Assembly (NCBI GenBank): GCA_951406725.2
Contig: OX597817.1
Location: 31,248,001-31,312,000 of the forward strand
Direction of reading: 5' to 3'
Length of the DNA stretch: 64,000 bases
Source: Octopus vulgaris
Taxonomy: Eukaryota
Shown here: one piece after another, positions 44,932 to 59,658 of the stretch
Position numbering within the stretch: position 1 is the stretch's first letter
Layout of the letters: every line of letters starts with the position of its first letter
Notes under the pieces: generated by a model
Databases searched by the model: none
What the model was told of the DNA's origin: nothing
What the model saw: only the letters and a program-made list of their open reading frames with translations
Program-made: the position numbers and the translations under genes

Positions 44932-44982
44932 GCCAAGAGAGATTGCTTCAGATTTTGGTGACAGAGAAGAGTGTAATCCAAA
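44932..44982 (+). other. Candidate exon, 51 nt
   Basis: gtttcgttttctattag| ... ccaaa|gtaagt. Confidence 0.5.
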
Positions 44983-45251
44983 GTAAGTAGTTCATGTACT
45001 AGATTAATAGACAGGAATACAAATGCAATATTTAATCATATATTATAAATAAACGGAGAATTGATCTACTCATTTCATATACTATCACATTTACATAACT
45101 TTTAGTTGGTTCTTAGCTTTAGTTTTAAACACTAATACTGCAAAAAGCTGTTCGAGATGGCTCGGTCTTTATTCTTAAATGATGATAGCGTACGAAGCAA
45201 ATAGAGAGAAAGTAAGACATTTTTATTCAGAAAGAAAAAATGAAATTTTTA

Positions 45252-45400
45252 TACAAGGTTGGCCAAAAGTCACCTGACAGTAAATGAATTTTTAATAAAA
45301 GCATCTAAATGTAAAACATCATGAAAATTGTTCAAACTGAAGTCCTTCTTGAGCGATACATTTTTCAATTCGAGTCAATACAGAATAACATAATATTTAA
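45252..45400. mobile_element. Tc1/mariner terminal fragment
   Basis: TA-CAAGGTTGGCCAAAAGTCACC TIR-like start. Confidence 0.5.
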
Positions 45401-47250
45401 GGAATTTTGATTTACTCACAGAATTATTAATCCCACTGGTTACTTTTTCTTTTAGAAAACAAATAACTATTTGTTACTAAAATTTTGCAGGTATTTTAGT
45501 TGAATTTTAAACACTCGTGGAATTTTGTGTGATTTCTTGTGTTTGTTTCTGCATAAACATTATTTTCCAGAAAATGTCATTGAAAAAAGCAACACTGAAT
45601 GAAAAGGGTCAAGAAAGAAAGTGACTGAATTAATGGCAAAAGAAAGATAATTCTTTCAATGATGGAGTAAATAAAATTTAGAACTGAATGCTAAATTTGA
45701 CGAAGCAACAAACTCCTGAAACAAGTGAAAAAATGGTGACGATAATCAAGCTGAACCATTATCCTGTCTACCTCACTATCTAACATATCAAAGTAATTAA
45801 AATGGATAGAACCATACGCGTTTACATTATTGCTGCTTTCCAAAATTCGAGCGGTCTATGGGTTTCATCTTACCAGACGAATAAAAAACAGTGATCTTAG
45901 ACCATTTTCCCCAAAATCAATGAAAAAGAAAGGGATATTGCTAAATAGACCCTAAAATGAATTAAAAAATTCAGATTCATGTAGCACAACCCACTAAAGA
46001 GCTCAAGACACTTTTAGAAGATGGATCATGCTTTAATCCTCTAATTCTTGATTACATTTTTAATTTATGAGGTTTATTTCTCGCTTCCCCCTCAAAAAAA
46101 CAGTTTTCTTTCTTGCAATTTAATAAGCCTAAAGTTTTTGTTTAGTTGTTTCTATTACTAATGAATTTATAGTGAGAATCTGGATTAAAACAATCATATT
46201 GCCAGTCATTGAAATAAATAAAATATCTAAAATATATTTTTTAGTTTGGTTACTTAAAACAAAATCATTTAACCCCGACTCTTTCTAAGATATAACCCCG
46301 ACATTGAGGTTAATGCAATATAAGTGATTGTTAAAAAAGACATAAGATTTAATAGTTTAGCATTTCTAAAATGAAGAGCAAATTTATTTTACTGTTACTT
46401 TTCTGTTTTTGAAGTTAGGGATTTACTCATTACTCTCAGTATCCTTTGGTATCAAATCCATTATTCAGTCTATAAAAAATACTACTATCGTTTTTTAAAC
46501 TCTGACATTTGAACTAACAATAAAGCGTCCACGTGATGGGCAGACCTACTAGAATAGTAACTAAAATCTTCTTATAATACTCAGCAGTTATAAAGAGAGG
46601 GAACCCATAAAATAATGTAGCCCTAGATACAATATGTTTAAAAAAAGATCTGGGTCTTCATAACTTTTTTTTGGCTTAGTCTCAGTTTTAGTATTTCAAA
46701 TAATTAGCAATCTGTTAAAATTTGTTATAAAAAATCTGAGTTGAATATCCGTGCAGTATTTACCTCATTAAATTACAAAAGAAGACATCCAACTAGCATT
46801 TTGCACGACGCAAAATTTTTTCAGGGAGTTGAGTAGACGATCGAATTGATCCAAATATAATACTGATGCTTGATAGACCGGCACTTAAATTTCTGAATCG
46901 GACGGATATTTGACGGATGCAGTTCAGTCACATAACTGATACTTATTTCGTTGATACCAAAGAATGAAGAACATTATTCTCTTTTCACAACTAATATAAC
47001 AAATAATAATTCAAAACTCTTTGCCTAAACCTTTGTTTTGATGACTTTTATATGAGAATTAATTAATGTATAATATTAAAGTAATAAGAAAATCTTCCCA
47101 ATTAATCCTTACTATGAAATGCTATTTACTCATTTAAAATGAATTAAAGGAAGTAAAAATCACCACAGGCACTTTCTTGAACGCCAAAATCGGGCGGTGT
47201 TTCGTCAAAGTTGAGGTATATACACTAGACAGCTCAAAGCCATTCTCCAG

Positions 47251-47294
47251 ACATTTATGTCAGGCATACGACGGAGAAGCAGACCTGCCATACG
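47251..47294 (+). other. Candidate exon; donor strong, acceptor uncertain (could start near 47169)
   Basis: cattctccag| ... tacg|gtaagt within a GC-richer island. Confidence 0.4.
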
Positions 47295-47763
47295 GTAAGT
47301 ACAAAGAGGATCAAAGGTTAACTTCTTGATTCTTTATAGCAAGAAAATTTATAGATCTTGTTAAATCCTACGAAATGGTAATAATAAAATGTAAGTCCCT
47401 AATTGCATCTTTTAAATGATTTTAACTTGTCTTCATTATTTTAGTAAAATATATATTAATTACATTGCTTATTATTATTAGATTTTATTATTAACTTTAA
47501 AAATAACGTTTTCATCAAAAATAATTTTGACACTCGGTTTAATATTTCAAATATATTTCAAACTATTATATAAATATAAAAGCACATTCATATGTAGAAG
47601 ACTAGATGTACTTTCATTGCTCTATGAAGCAGACTGTTATAACTTATTTATGAAGGGTCTAAATCAATGCCTTTCGATAATATAGACATTCACTTTATTT
47701 CAGTTGTTTTAGAATTTATTATAAATCCATTATTTTATTTTTATTTTGCTATCTTTTTCTCAG

Positions 47764-48028
47764 ATCTCTTTCGAAGCATGGACATCTTATGTTGCGCTTA
47801 TATCAGATTAAGATGGTCGCAATGCATATCAAAATCTACACTTTAGCTGAAATTCTTAGACATATATATTACATATACATTTCATATTTTATCCAATCTC
47901 AAAAAAACAAAAATAATCACTTTATAAATAAGCAACAAGTATTTGATTATAAGATTGTGCATATTCGATGCAATTAATACTCTGTAATTATAGCATAAAC
48001 AGAAAAGATTATAATCGAGCTCAAAATG
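47764..48028 (+). other. Candidate non-coding exon
   Basis: ttttgctatctttttctcag| ... aaaatg|gtgagt. Confidence 0.45.
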
Positions 48029-48189
48029 GTGAGTAAAAATTTGTTTCTAAGAATTACTTAAAGTGACAAATTACTTTACTGTGTTAATTTAAGAAAATGT
48101 ATTCGAAATTTAACCCGAAAAATATTTCTTCTGAATTCTGGTTTCTGGCTTTCTACAAGACAGATGTAAACCATGCAGAGTATTAACGC

Positions 48190-48330
48190 GTCTCTGACAG
48201 TATATATAGCGCTGGCGGGGAGATGAATAATTGTTATCTCTAGCGGTCGAGGGTCCATCACTGACAAGACCAAGTAACGTCGAAATTACGTGATCTGGAG
48301 ATAGCGGGGATTTGTCTCTCCACAATCGAT
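48190..48330. promoter_or_regulatory. Promoter-like CpG-richer island with a TATA box
   Basis: TATATATAGCGCTGGCGGGG at 48221-48240 and bZIP-like TTACGTGA at ~48287 in TE-free DNA; the TATA is palindromic, so orientation is ambiguous. Confidence 0.45.
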
Positions 48331-48708
48331 TGAAACAAGATTTCAGTTTACTCCAAAAACCAATATGAGTGTTTCTATCATGGTAACTACCGCAGTATAG
48401 TTTGTTCTAACAGAACATCCGCATTTGAGAAGAAATAAATATTACCTCTTGATATTATTACTACATCTGTCGCGAATAAATATATTTTATTTTAGAATCC
48501 AAAACACTGATGATATTACAAATAAATGTAGCAGAGCATTTCAGAGGATGTAGTTTCAAATCTTTGCCTGCTGTTCACTCAAACTTTTTTTCTGGTTTTC
48601 ATATTTTCTGTGACTATATTTAGCACCCATAAACGAATTGTTAACAATTCTATCTTATTAACGAAATCATCTGCATGGATATGCGTGACTATTTGTTTTT
48701 GCTTTCAG

Positions 48709-48959
48709 AAAGGTCAACACGAGTTACTGTGTCAGATATATTTGCTAAGAATCTCACAGTTTTGGCTTAGGCGATCTTCAACCTACCTCACTATCAAGAA
48801 CCGCTTGGGATGCTAACCGCGCACGAACACCCACAACGATGAAAGAAATATATGCATACGTGTCCACTTGAAGGAAATAATTGCACGCGCCTCTGAATGA
48901 CAGCCAATCCTAACCATTAACTAATTACAAAGTTCTCGTTTAATCGCTTCGCTTCGCTG
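48709..48959 (+). other. Candidate 5' UTR exon
   Basis: atttgtttttgctttcag| ... cgctg|gtgagt; CpG-rich; contains agccaatc (CCAAT) at ~48902. Confidence 0.55.
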
Positions 48960-49102
48960 GTGAGTGAAATGATATTTACAAGGCAAGATAAAATATTACA
49001 CATCAGAGAAAAGAAAAACATTTCAAGTGGTCACACTGTAAACCCACGAGTACTGATAGCGAAATAAAGATAATTATATGAGTATATAAATATCTATCTA
49101 TT

Positions 49103-49149
<47 letters not shown>

Positions 49150-49697
49150 GACCACTTTTTTATATTCACTGTCTATCAATAAGCTATCAATTTATTATCT
49201 CATCCTGATAAGCCATTATTATGTTTTGTCGTTATCACTTTTATTCAGTTATTATTCAGTTGTTTTAGTTTTCTTTATTTTTCTCTTTACCTTCTTAATA
49301 TTTTACCCTAATTCTTTTACGCGTACAAATATGTGAATATGTGTGCCTGTGCGTGTGCGTGTAGGATATACAGTATATGTTCATGGTTCTGTGTATATAA
49401 TATATATGAAGAATACATGTGTTCGAGGCTGTATGTGTGTGCGCTTATGTGCGTGCATGCGTGTGTGTGTGTATGTGTACATTGAACCTACTTAATAACT
49501 TTTGGAAAATATGTATGCAACAACACACACACACATATATATATATATGTGTGAGTATATAAACATATATACATTTACATGTTCACTAATTAATAAGCAA
49601 ATGTGTCAATCTTCTTGCATATGTTTGCCTCTGACAAAATCTGTCCATCTGCGAGTGTACGTATATCTATATCTATATATATATGTATATCTGTATC

Positions 49698-49748
<51 letters not shown>

Positions 49749-51499
49749 TTATATGATATATAAACACACATGGTAAGCCATATGTGAATATTTTAATATT
49801 TCTGTAAACGTTAAGGAATAACGAGTATAGCTCAGAACAGATGGCTGTGTTGTTTTAATATATCTGATTTATTGTCCCAGCTTGGAACAGAAAATTACAA
49901 CAGTACCAAAATACCACATTTTTATGATAATCTCATTCACCTTTTCATATTTTAACTGTATAGATATTCCTATGATACACCTGATATACTCACGTACAGA
50001 TAATGCTTACATAAATCGATAGTTGCACATTCACATCTGAATTTATCACATTTGAATATACATATATTTATGTATAACATGCAAGTTATTAATAAATAAT
50101 AAATACGCGTTTATAATGCGTAAGTCTAACAAAAATAAACAGAGGCAAGAATGAATAGAATAGAATTTATACCAGACCACACACCTCTTACATGATAATA
50201 TTAGAGTGTTCAAGATGCACATGGAGGTAACTGTGTACAGCTTGGTATATATGTATTTATATTTTAGTTATTCTACCATTAAATACATACCATGTTTTTA
50301 CGTTGCTATCCGGGTGGTATTAATCCGTCTGTATCACGAAAGAGCAAGTATAGTGTCATTGAGATTTTGACTGCTTGAAGAGAAAGTTGTTTTGCTACTG
50401 GCAACTTCCCTGCAAACATATTTTTAAAAGTTCATTTGCTAGTATAACAGTATTCATACATAGTATGTCTCTAAAAACATATAATGTCTTAGTTACAAAT
50501 AATAGGCCAGAGTTGACTCCAGTTTTTATGTTGACTTACTCTGAGTAAGACAAGAAAATTATGGTAGTTTTGTTTCACAGAATTTACATAAGAAATTACT
50601 GGAGAAGTTGGTAGATCGTATACATAAGCATTTCATTCGCGGCAAACCAGATTTTGACAAATAAAATTTAATTGCGGAGAAAATATTGGCTGAGAGTAAC
50701 TAAGTGTATCATCGTAGTTTTCTTAATACTAATAAAGGTTCCAAAATTTGATCTTCAATGAAAATTTCTTTAAAAAGGCGCTTGATTCAATTTCTTTATT
50801 ACCCACAAGGGGCGAAATACAAAGGGGGACAATACAGCCTGATTGGGGTCAGACACACACTGATTATATGACTTTTAAAATTTTACAAGATATAATGAAA
50901 TCGAATGAGATACAAGGACAAAAGGCGATTCATGACATATAAGAATCCAGCACAAAAGAAACTGTTAATTCTACGATGTTTGAAGCTAAAAACGCATGTC
51001 AGTATTCATTTGTTAATTAAGAAAGTGTACATAATATTACATGCATCGATTAACTATATTTGACTTTATAAATAATAATAAGCTTAAATTTAAATAAACT
51101 TGAAATTTACTATAAATATATAAAACCTGCGAAAAATACAAAACTGGCAAAAGTGCAAGCTACCTGCAGTATCACTTGTGTATAATTGCACACCTTTATT
51201 CTTTGAGTTCAAATTATGGCAAGGTCAATTTTATGGGGTGGGAGCGTGTTATTAAAAGAAATTGAATACGTCAGCTTTTTTTTGCTTTTTGTTTTCTTTT
51301 TCAATAAACTAAATTGAACACTGAATTCAATCCAGTCTAGTATATCCATCTCTCAAATTCGAGGCTTTGTGCTTATGTTAGCTTCTTAACATATTTGTGT
51401 ATTTGAATTTTAGTATGTGACAATATGTATTATATGTCAGAATTAATAATCTGTTTTGATTTTGAATACCTGTTACAAAGTAAGAAAATACGATTTTAT

Positions 51500-52283
51500 A
51501 TAGTTTAGAACACGAATCTTCAATTAGCTGAAAATACAGGTTTTAAATCATATTCTGATCTGGTTTATAACCTGTATTTACTTAAGTTAAAGTAAGTTCG
51601 AATACTTATCTGAAACTAGCACTATATTAGAATACACGTTTAAACTAGGTTAGGAAAGATGTTTTGAAAATATGTGTTAAAGTGGGTTAAAATACATGTT
51701 TTAAAGTAAGAACACGTGTTTTAAATTAGGTTAGAATACATAGGTTAAAGTAGATTATAATAAATATGTTGGATTAAGATACGTTTTAAAGTAGGCTAGA
51801 ATATATGTTTTATATTTGGTTGGAATGCAGGGTTTAAAGTAAATTATAATATATACTTTATATCAGATTGGAATACGTTATAAATTAGTTACGAATAAAT
51901 TCTAAAAGATTTGTTAGAAAACATTACAGACTGCGTACAAATATGTTTTTTAAACTAGCCTTGAATACATGTTTTGAATTATTTTATAATAGATATTTTA
52001 CTCTAGGTTGAATAATTGTTATAAATTTGTCTTGAGTACATGCTTAAAACTTTGTTGAAACACATACTTCAAAGCCAACTCTTTTACTTGTTTCAGTCAT
52101 GTGACTGTGGCCATGCTGGAGCACCGCCTTTAGTCGAACAAATCGACCCCAGGACTTATTCTTTGTAAGCCTAGTACTTATTCTATCGGTTTCTTTTGCC
52201 GAACCGCTAAGTTATGAGGACGTAAACACACCAGCATCGATTGTCAAGCGATGCTGGGAGACAAACACAGACACACAAACATT

Positions 52284-52342
<59 letters not shown>

Positions 52343-52690
52343 GACGGGCTTCTTTCAGTTTCCGTCGACCAAATCCACTCACAAGGCTTTGATCGGCCGA
52401 GGCACTTGCCGAAGGTGCCACGCAGTGGGAATGAACCCGGAACCATGTGGTTCGTAAACAAGCTACTTACCACACAGCCACTCCTATGCGTGTTTTAAAT
52501 TTGGCTTGGATACGTTTTACGAGAAACTATGTAAAGATACATGTTTAAGTACAAATAGAGGTTTTAAGGTTTGTTAGAATACATATTTCATTATGGGTTT
52601 GAATACATATTTTAAAATAGGTCAGTAGATATGTTTGTATAGGAGGCAACAATATATGTTTCATAGTAGGTTAGGAGACACTTTTTATAA
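51500..52690. repeat. Degenerate ~24-bp minisatellite (approx. TTAGAATACATGTTTTAAAGTAGG) split by a SINE
   Basis: Recurrent gaatac..gttttaaa.tagg units at 51500-52075 and 52490-52690. Confidence 0.7.
52078..52490 (-). mobile_element. SINE family A
   Basis: Full tail, core and head in reverse orientation. Confidence 0.9.
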
Positions 52691-53437
52691 TCAGAATGCT
52701 TTTCAACCTCTTGCTTTAGGTCGCATTTGTCACAGAGTAATGATGTTAGTTTCTGGTTGTTTCCAATAAACCGATCGCTGGCTCACTGACATTATTGATA
52801 AAGAACTGTTTATGTCATTCGAGTGGAACTAATAGCACAGGTTATTTTGTTCAAAAGCGCTGGTTCATCAGTTATCTAGCCGATGCATATATCTTTCTCT
52901 AAATAGTACAAAAGCCATTTATTTTCTACGCACTGGTCGTGATTTGTGGACATGTGGATGCTGGTGGCAATTTCGATCGTCTCCAGATGAGAACGGAAGA
53001 TAACCTCAAGAATCAAGAATTTCCTAATTTTCATTGTCCACATTCATGAAACTGGCTCATTTTCGTTTAAATTATGCAAATTTCCTCAGGCCAAAAATAC
53101 ACTGTTATAGAATATAGAATATATCAAAGTTTTATATCTACTGGAGTACCTAATATTCCTGCCTTTTGTGCACACAACGCAACCCAGCTAAGTGAAGATA
53201 TCCGCTCTTGGTAATTCAGCCATCTACTTTTTATAAAGGTACTTTCTATAGTATTTCCAAAATGCAGAATTAAAGTTAAGTGGATAAAATATAAATGAAT
53301 AATCCTTTATGTTTGAAGTCTATGCGGTCATCTGACGAGAACGGTTTCTTTCAAACGATGTAACGTTTTCATTAATCAATTGAAGGAGTCACTTGAAACG
53401 ACCGTAATTAATTTCCCCCTGTACATCTGAGTTACTC

Positions 53438-53962
<525 letters not shown>

Positions 53963-54281
53963 CATACATAACATACATACATACAAAATGAAAGTGAAGC
54001 GAAGCGAGCCAATATATAGATCTTTAATAACTATGTAATCTTAGAATTACTTATGCTGAAAAGAAAAATGCTAAAAGTATGTTTATTGTTGCTAAAGCTA
54101 TGAAATAGTAGAACGCTAGCAAAGCATGCAATAATTGAAAATGTAAACTTTAAAGTAGACGGTTATAAAATGAAATATTGCAAAGCAGTTGTTAAGAGAG
54201 CATGCTTTAATATTGAAAAAAAAGTATGAATAAATTAATAATATTAACTGGAAAAAGACAATGAAACATAAGCTGTAATAA

Positions 54282-54512
54282 TGGTTTCAAATTTTGCCAC
54301 TAGGGCATCAATTGTTTTTTGGGTTTTTTTTCCGGCGGAGGCCAACTTGATTACATCGACTCCAGTGTTCAATTGGTACTTATATTATCGACCTCGAAAG
54401 AGTGAAAGGTAAAGTCGACCTCAGCGGAATTTGAACTCAGAACGTAGCGACGGATAAAATACCGCTAAGCCTCTCGTCCGGCGCGCTAACAATTCTGTCA
54501 GTTCGTCGCCTT
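54282..54512 (-). mobile_element. SINE family B
   Basis: gattacatcgactccagtgttcaattggtact...aaagtcgacctcagcggaatttgaactcag. Confidence 0.85.
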
Positions 54513-54546
54513 CTTAATAATAATAATAATAATAATAATAATGATG

Positions 54547-54613
<67 letters not shown>

Positions 54614-54615
<2 letters not shown>

Positions 54616-55173
54616 GCCCTGATGCAGTACCAGGCAGTGGCTCTCATGGCTTCTGATCTTAACTGATTGGAAGTGTTATCATGTACATTGTTTTGTCTTG
54701 GTATAAAAGATGGGCTGCAGCAAATATTCTGCTCAATACCACAGATTTGCTTGTCAGTTGTTTGACCTTAACCAGTTGAGCATGTCCCTTAGTGGCTGAC
54801 GATATGTGGATCTGTGATCACGAGCAGAAGTAGTGGGGGAGCATCATAGCCATGTGTTAAGAGGGATTCTTTGGGGTTTGAATAATTCACCCCTGGAAAC
54901 ATGGGTGGTTTTTTCAACATCCTTAAACAACCCTTATTCAGGGACTGTTTGAGCGGGATGGGCTACTCAACCTGAAGAAAATTCTAACTGGGCCCCACCT
55001 GCAAGGTCATGTGCTGTTTATCTTGATATGAGATCACCATGTCGCGCACATATGGTTGTGATGCATGTGCCTGGTGTACCCTTATCAGACGGGTAATCAT
55101 GATGGGTATATTGGGCTTCGTATATTTTACCCCAGTGTCACTTTGATGGCATGAACTGCTCTCTCACTCAATC

Positions 55174-55219
<46 letters not shown>

Positions 55220-55234
55220 TAATAATAGTAATAC

Positions 55235-55279
<45 letters not shown>

Positions 55280-55329
55280 TGATAATAACAATAATAATAA
55301 CAATGACAATAATAATAATAATAATAATG

Positions 55330-55376
<47 letters not shown>

Positions 55377-55386
55377 CATGATAATA

Positions 55387-55435
<49 letters not shown>

Positions 55436-55463
55436 TGATAATAACAATAATAATAACAATGAC

Positions 55464-55499
<36 letters not shown>

Positions 55500-56066
55500 T
55501 TCTGATCTTAACTGATTGGAAGCTTCTGATCTTAACTGATTGGAAGCTTCTGATCTTAACTGATTGGAAGTGTTATCATGTACATTGTTTTGTCTTGGTA
55601 TAAAAGATGGGCTACAGCAAATATTCTGCTCAATACCACAGATTTGCTTGTCAGTTGTTTGACCTTAAACAGTTGAGCATGTCCCTTAGTGGCTGACGAT
55701 ATGTGCATCTCTGATCACGAGCAGAAGTAGTGGGGGAGCATCATAGCCATGTGTTGAGAGGGATTCTTTGGGGTTTGAATAATTCACCTCTGGAAACATG
55801 GGTGGTTCTTTCAACATCCTTAAACAACCCTTATTCAGGGACCTTTTGAGCGGGATGGGCTACTCAACCTGAAGAAAATTCTAACTGGGCCCCACCTGCA
55901 AGGTCATGTGCTGTTTATCTTGATATGAGATCACCATGTCGCGCACATATGGTTGTGATGCATGTGCCTGGTGTACCTTTATCAGACAGGTAGTCATGAT
56001 TGGTATATTGGGCTTCGTATATTTTACCCCAGTGTCACTTTGATGGCATGCACTGCTCTCTCACTC

Positions 56067-56117
<51 letters not shown>

Positions 56118-56672
56118 TATAATGATGCAGTACCAAGCAGAGGCTCTCATGGCTTCTGATCTTAACTGATTGGGAGTGTTATCATGTACATTGTTCTGTC
56201 TTGGTATAAAAGATGGGCTACAGCAAATATTCTGCTCAATACCACAGATTTGCTTGTCAGTTGTTTGACCTTAACCAGTTGAGCATGTCTCTTAGTGGCT
56301 GACGATATGTGCATCTCTGATCACGAGCAGAAGTAGTGGGGGAGCATCATAGCCATGTGTTGAGAGGGATTCTTTGGGGTTTGAATAATTCACCTCTGGA
56401 GACATGGGTGGGTTTTTCAACATACTTAAACAACCCTTATTCAGGGACTGTTTGAGCGGGATGGGCTACTCAACCTGAAGAAAATTCTAACTGGGCCCCA
56501 CCTGCAAGGTCATGTGCTGTTTATCTTGATATGAGATCACCGTGCCGCGCACATGTGGTTGTGATGCATGTGCCTGGTGTGCCCTTATCAGACGGGTAGT
56601 CATGATGGGTATATTGGGCTTCGTATATTTTACCCCGGTGTCACTTTGATGGCATGAACTGCTCTCTCACTC

Positions 56673-56722
<50 letters not shown>

Positions 56723-56734
56723 TGATGATGATGA

Positions 56735-56811
<77 letters not shown>

Positions 56812-57327
56812 TGATCTTAACTGATTGGAAGTGTTATCATGTACATTGTTTTGTCTTGGTATAAAAGATGGGCCACAGCAAATATTCTGCTTAATACCAC
56901 AGATTTGCTTGTCAGTTGTTTGACCTTAACCAGTTGAGCATGTCCCTTAGTGGCTGACGATATGTGCATCTCTGATCACGAGCAGAAGTAGTGGGGGAGC
57001 ATCATAGCCATGTGTTAAGAGGGATTCTTTGGGGTTTGAATAGTCCACCTCTGGAAACATGGGTGGTTCTTTCAACATCCTTAAACAACCCTTATTCAGG
57101 GACCGTTTGAGCGGGATGGGCTACTCAACCTGAAGAAAATTCTAACTGGGCCCCACCTGCAAGGTCATGTGCTGTTTATCTTGATATGAGATCACCATGT
57201 CGCGCACATATGGTTGTGATGCATGTGCCTGGTGTACCTTTATCAGACGGGTAGTCATGATGGGTATATTGGGCTTCGTATATTTTACCCCAGTGTCACT
57301 TTGATGGCATGAACTGCTCTCTCACTC
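54614..57327 (+). mobile_element. Four head-to-tail copies of a ~555-nt non-coding element separated by (AAT)n/(GAT)n
   Basis: Units 54614-55169, 55499-56066, 56124-56672 and 56811-57327; all end in ctctctcactc|aat, and their 5' ends differ. Confidence 0.93.
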
Positions 57328-58125
57328 AATAATAATAATAACAATAATAATCAGCTGTAATAATAAGAGCGAATCCTCCTACTGAAAAGATTTCAACAGA
57401 AAAAGTCAGCATCTGAAACAGGATTAAGACAAAATGTTATTAGTATTAAAGAAGCAAGAACACACACACTATTAATAATAATAAATATGTAAAAGAAAAA
57501 AAGAAAGAATGGCAACGAAATTTTTTTAGTGGCTTACATCACACGGATCTGACCAACAGATTTTTTAAATAATTTTTTGTAACTAAACACTTTCAAACTT
57601 CGGACAGTGGTAGAATCTGTCATATAAAATATCTTTTACTCTTAGCATTTTTGAGAAAAACTTATATTTACGAAGTTATTTCACGTCAAAGTTCTCGTAT
57701 TTCGGGAATTTCAACCAATCAATGACGCGTATTCAACTGAATAAAATTACTACTGTTGTTTGTCAACAAGAACTTCTGTAGGTCAAAAGGTAAAGATCCC
57801 ATCACACAAATGTAGCAAATGAAGTTTTAGAGATATTAGAACATGCAATGTTTGCCAAGTGGAAATTGAGATGCGAGGTTACACGTGTTAGCATATTCGC
57901 GTAAGCTGTAGTCTGGTCATGAACGCTTCACTCTGGCCGGGGACAGTATAAAAGAGGTAAGTGTATACCATTGCACATGCGTTAATCGAAGTCCATAATA
58001 AACATGTATGTGTGTATAAATATATATTTGTATATATGTGTGTGTGTGTGTGTGTATGTGTGTATAGATATATAAATATATGTATACATATATATGTATG
58101 TGTGTGTGTGTATGTATACTATTTT

Positions 58126-58242
58126 ACTCTTTTACTTGTTTCAGTCATTTGACTGCGGCCATGCTGGAGCACCGCCTTTAGTCGAGCAACTCGACCCCAG
58201 GACTTATTCTTTTTGTAAGCCCAGTACTTATTCTATCGGTCT
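58126..58242 (-). mobile_element. SINE family A, 3' fragment
   Basis: tactcttttacttgtttcagtcatttgactgcggccatgctggagcaccgcc. Confidence 0.85.
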
Positions 58243-58924
58243 ATGTATGTATATATATATTTGTGCTTGCGTGGTATACATATGCATATACATATATATA
58301 TTATCTGTACACATACACACACACATATAGATACATCGATAGATTGAAAGATACATACATACATACATACATACATACATACATGTGTATATGTTTATAT
58401 ATATATATATTTATTCATATATGTATGTATTTATGTATGTATGTATGTATGCAAGAAGTTACCTATAGCATACATTATAGTACATGTATATACACATAGG
58501 CGTGTATAATTGAATGAGAAAGAAGAGCTTTGGTGTTTATATAAGTCTTTCTTTCTTACGTTGATGATGATTCTGAGAAGGAGGAAAAGGAGGAGAAGGG
58601 TAGAGATGATGAAGACGCCAACAAGGATAATGATCATGGTGATGTTTAATGGCGATAGGTTACAGAATATGACAACCTTTTAATTATATTCACGTCTCCT
58701 AACGAACCGTCGAATAGTGACGTAATTGTTGGTTCTTGTTTATAAATTTTATAGTTCAACTGTTTCTATATCAATGACTCTTCAGAACTAGAAATTAATA
58801 CTTTCACGTAGTCATTATCACCACTTCTGCTAATATCCCTCATTTTCCTCCTCCTCCTACACTACTACCGCTACCTCTCCTACAACTACTACTACGACGA
58901 CTACCACTAATATTACTACTACTT

Positions 58925-58982
<58 letters not shown>

Positions 58983-59262
58983 TACTTGCTGTAGTAGTAA
59001 TTTTTAGTATGTTCCACATCATCATAATCATTATTTTCATCGCTATTATCCACTAATAGTAGATAATACATTCTTTATCATTTTGTGTGTCTCTCCCTTT
59101 CTCTCCGTCCCCCAATCTCTTTCTCCCCTCCCCCGCTCCCTCTTTCTATTTCTCTCCCCCCCTCTCTCTCTCTTCTTCTTCTTCTTCTTCTTCTTGTGGG
59201 TCCCCAGTATGGTGGTAGTTCACTTGAGTTGTTTTATTATTTACTGATTTACTCTCTCTCTT

Positions 59263-59658
59263 TACTCTTTTACTTGTTTCAGTCATTTGACTGCGGCCAT
59301 GCTGGAGCACCGCCTTCAGTCGAGCAACTCGACCCCGGGACTTATTCTTTTGTAAGCCCAGTACTTATTCTATCGGTCTCTTTTGCCGAACCGCTAGGTA
59401 ACGGGGACATAAACACACCAGCATCGGTTGTCAAGCAATGCTAGGGGGACAAACACAGACACACAAACACACACACGCATATATATGTATATATACGACG
59501 GGCTTCTTTCAGTTTCCGTCTACCAAATCCACTCACAAGGCATTGGTCGGCCCGAGGCTATAGCAGAAGACACTTGCCCAAGATGCCACGCAGTGGGACT
59601 GAACCCGGAACCATGTGGTTGCTTAGCAAGTTACTTACCACACAGCCACTCCTGCGCC
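59263..59658 (-). mobile_element. SINE family A
   Basis: Full-length reverse copy. Confidence 0.92.

Noticed and set aside
48721-48770. Possible pre-miRNA hairpin (ACTGTG..AGAT/ATCT..CACAGT)
   Set aside because: The stem is short and bulged and no miRNA was recognised; small-RNA data would be needed
54614-57327. CRISPR-like array or twister/HDV ribozyme in the repeated units
   Set aside because: The units are ~555 bp with microsatellite spacers and there are no cas genes. The UUAAC...GUCCC segment lacks twister P2/T1 geometry, and CUGACGA has no following GAAA
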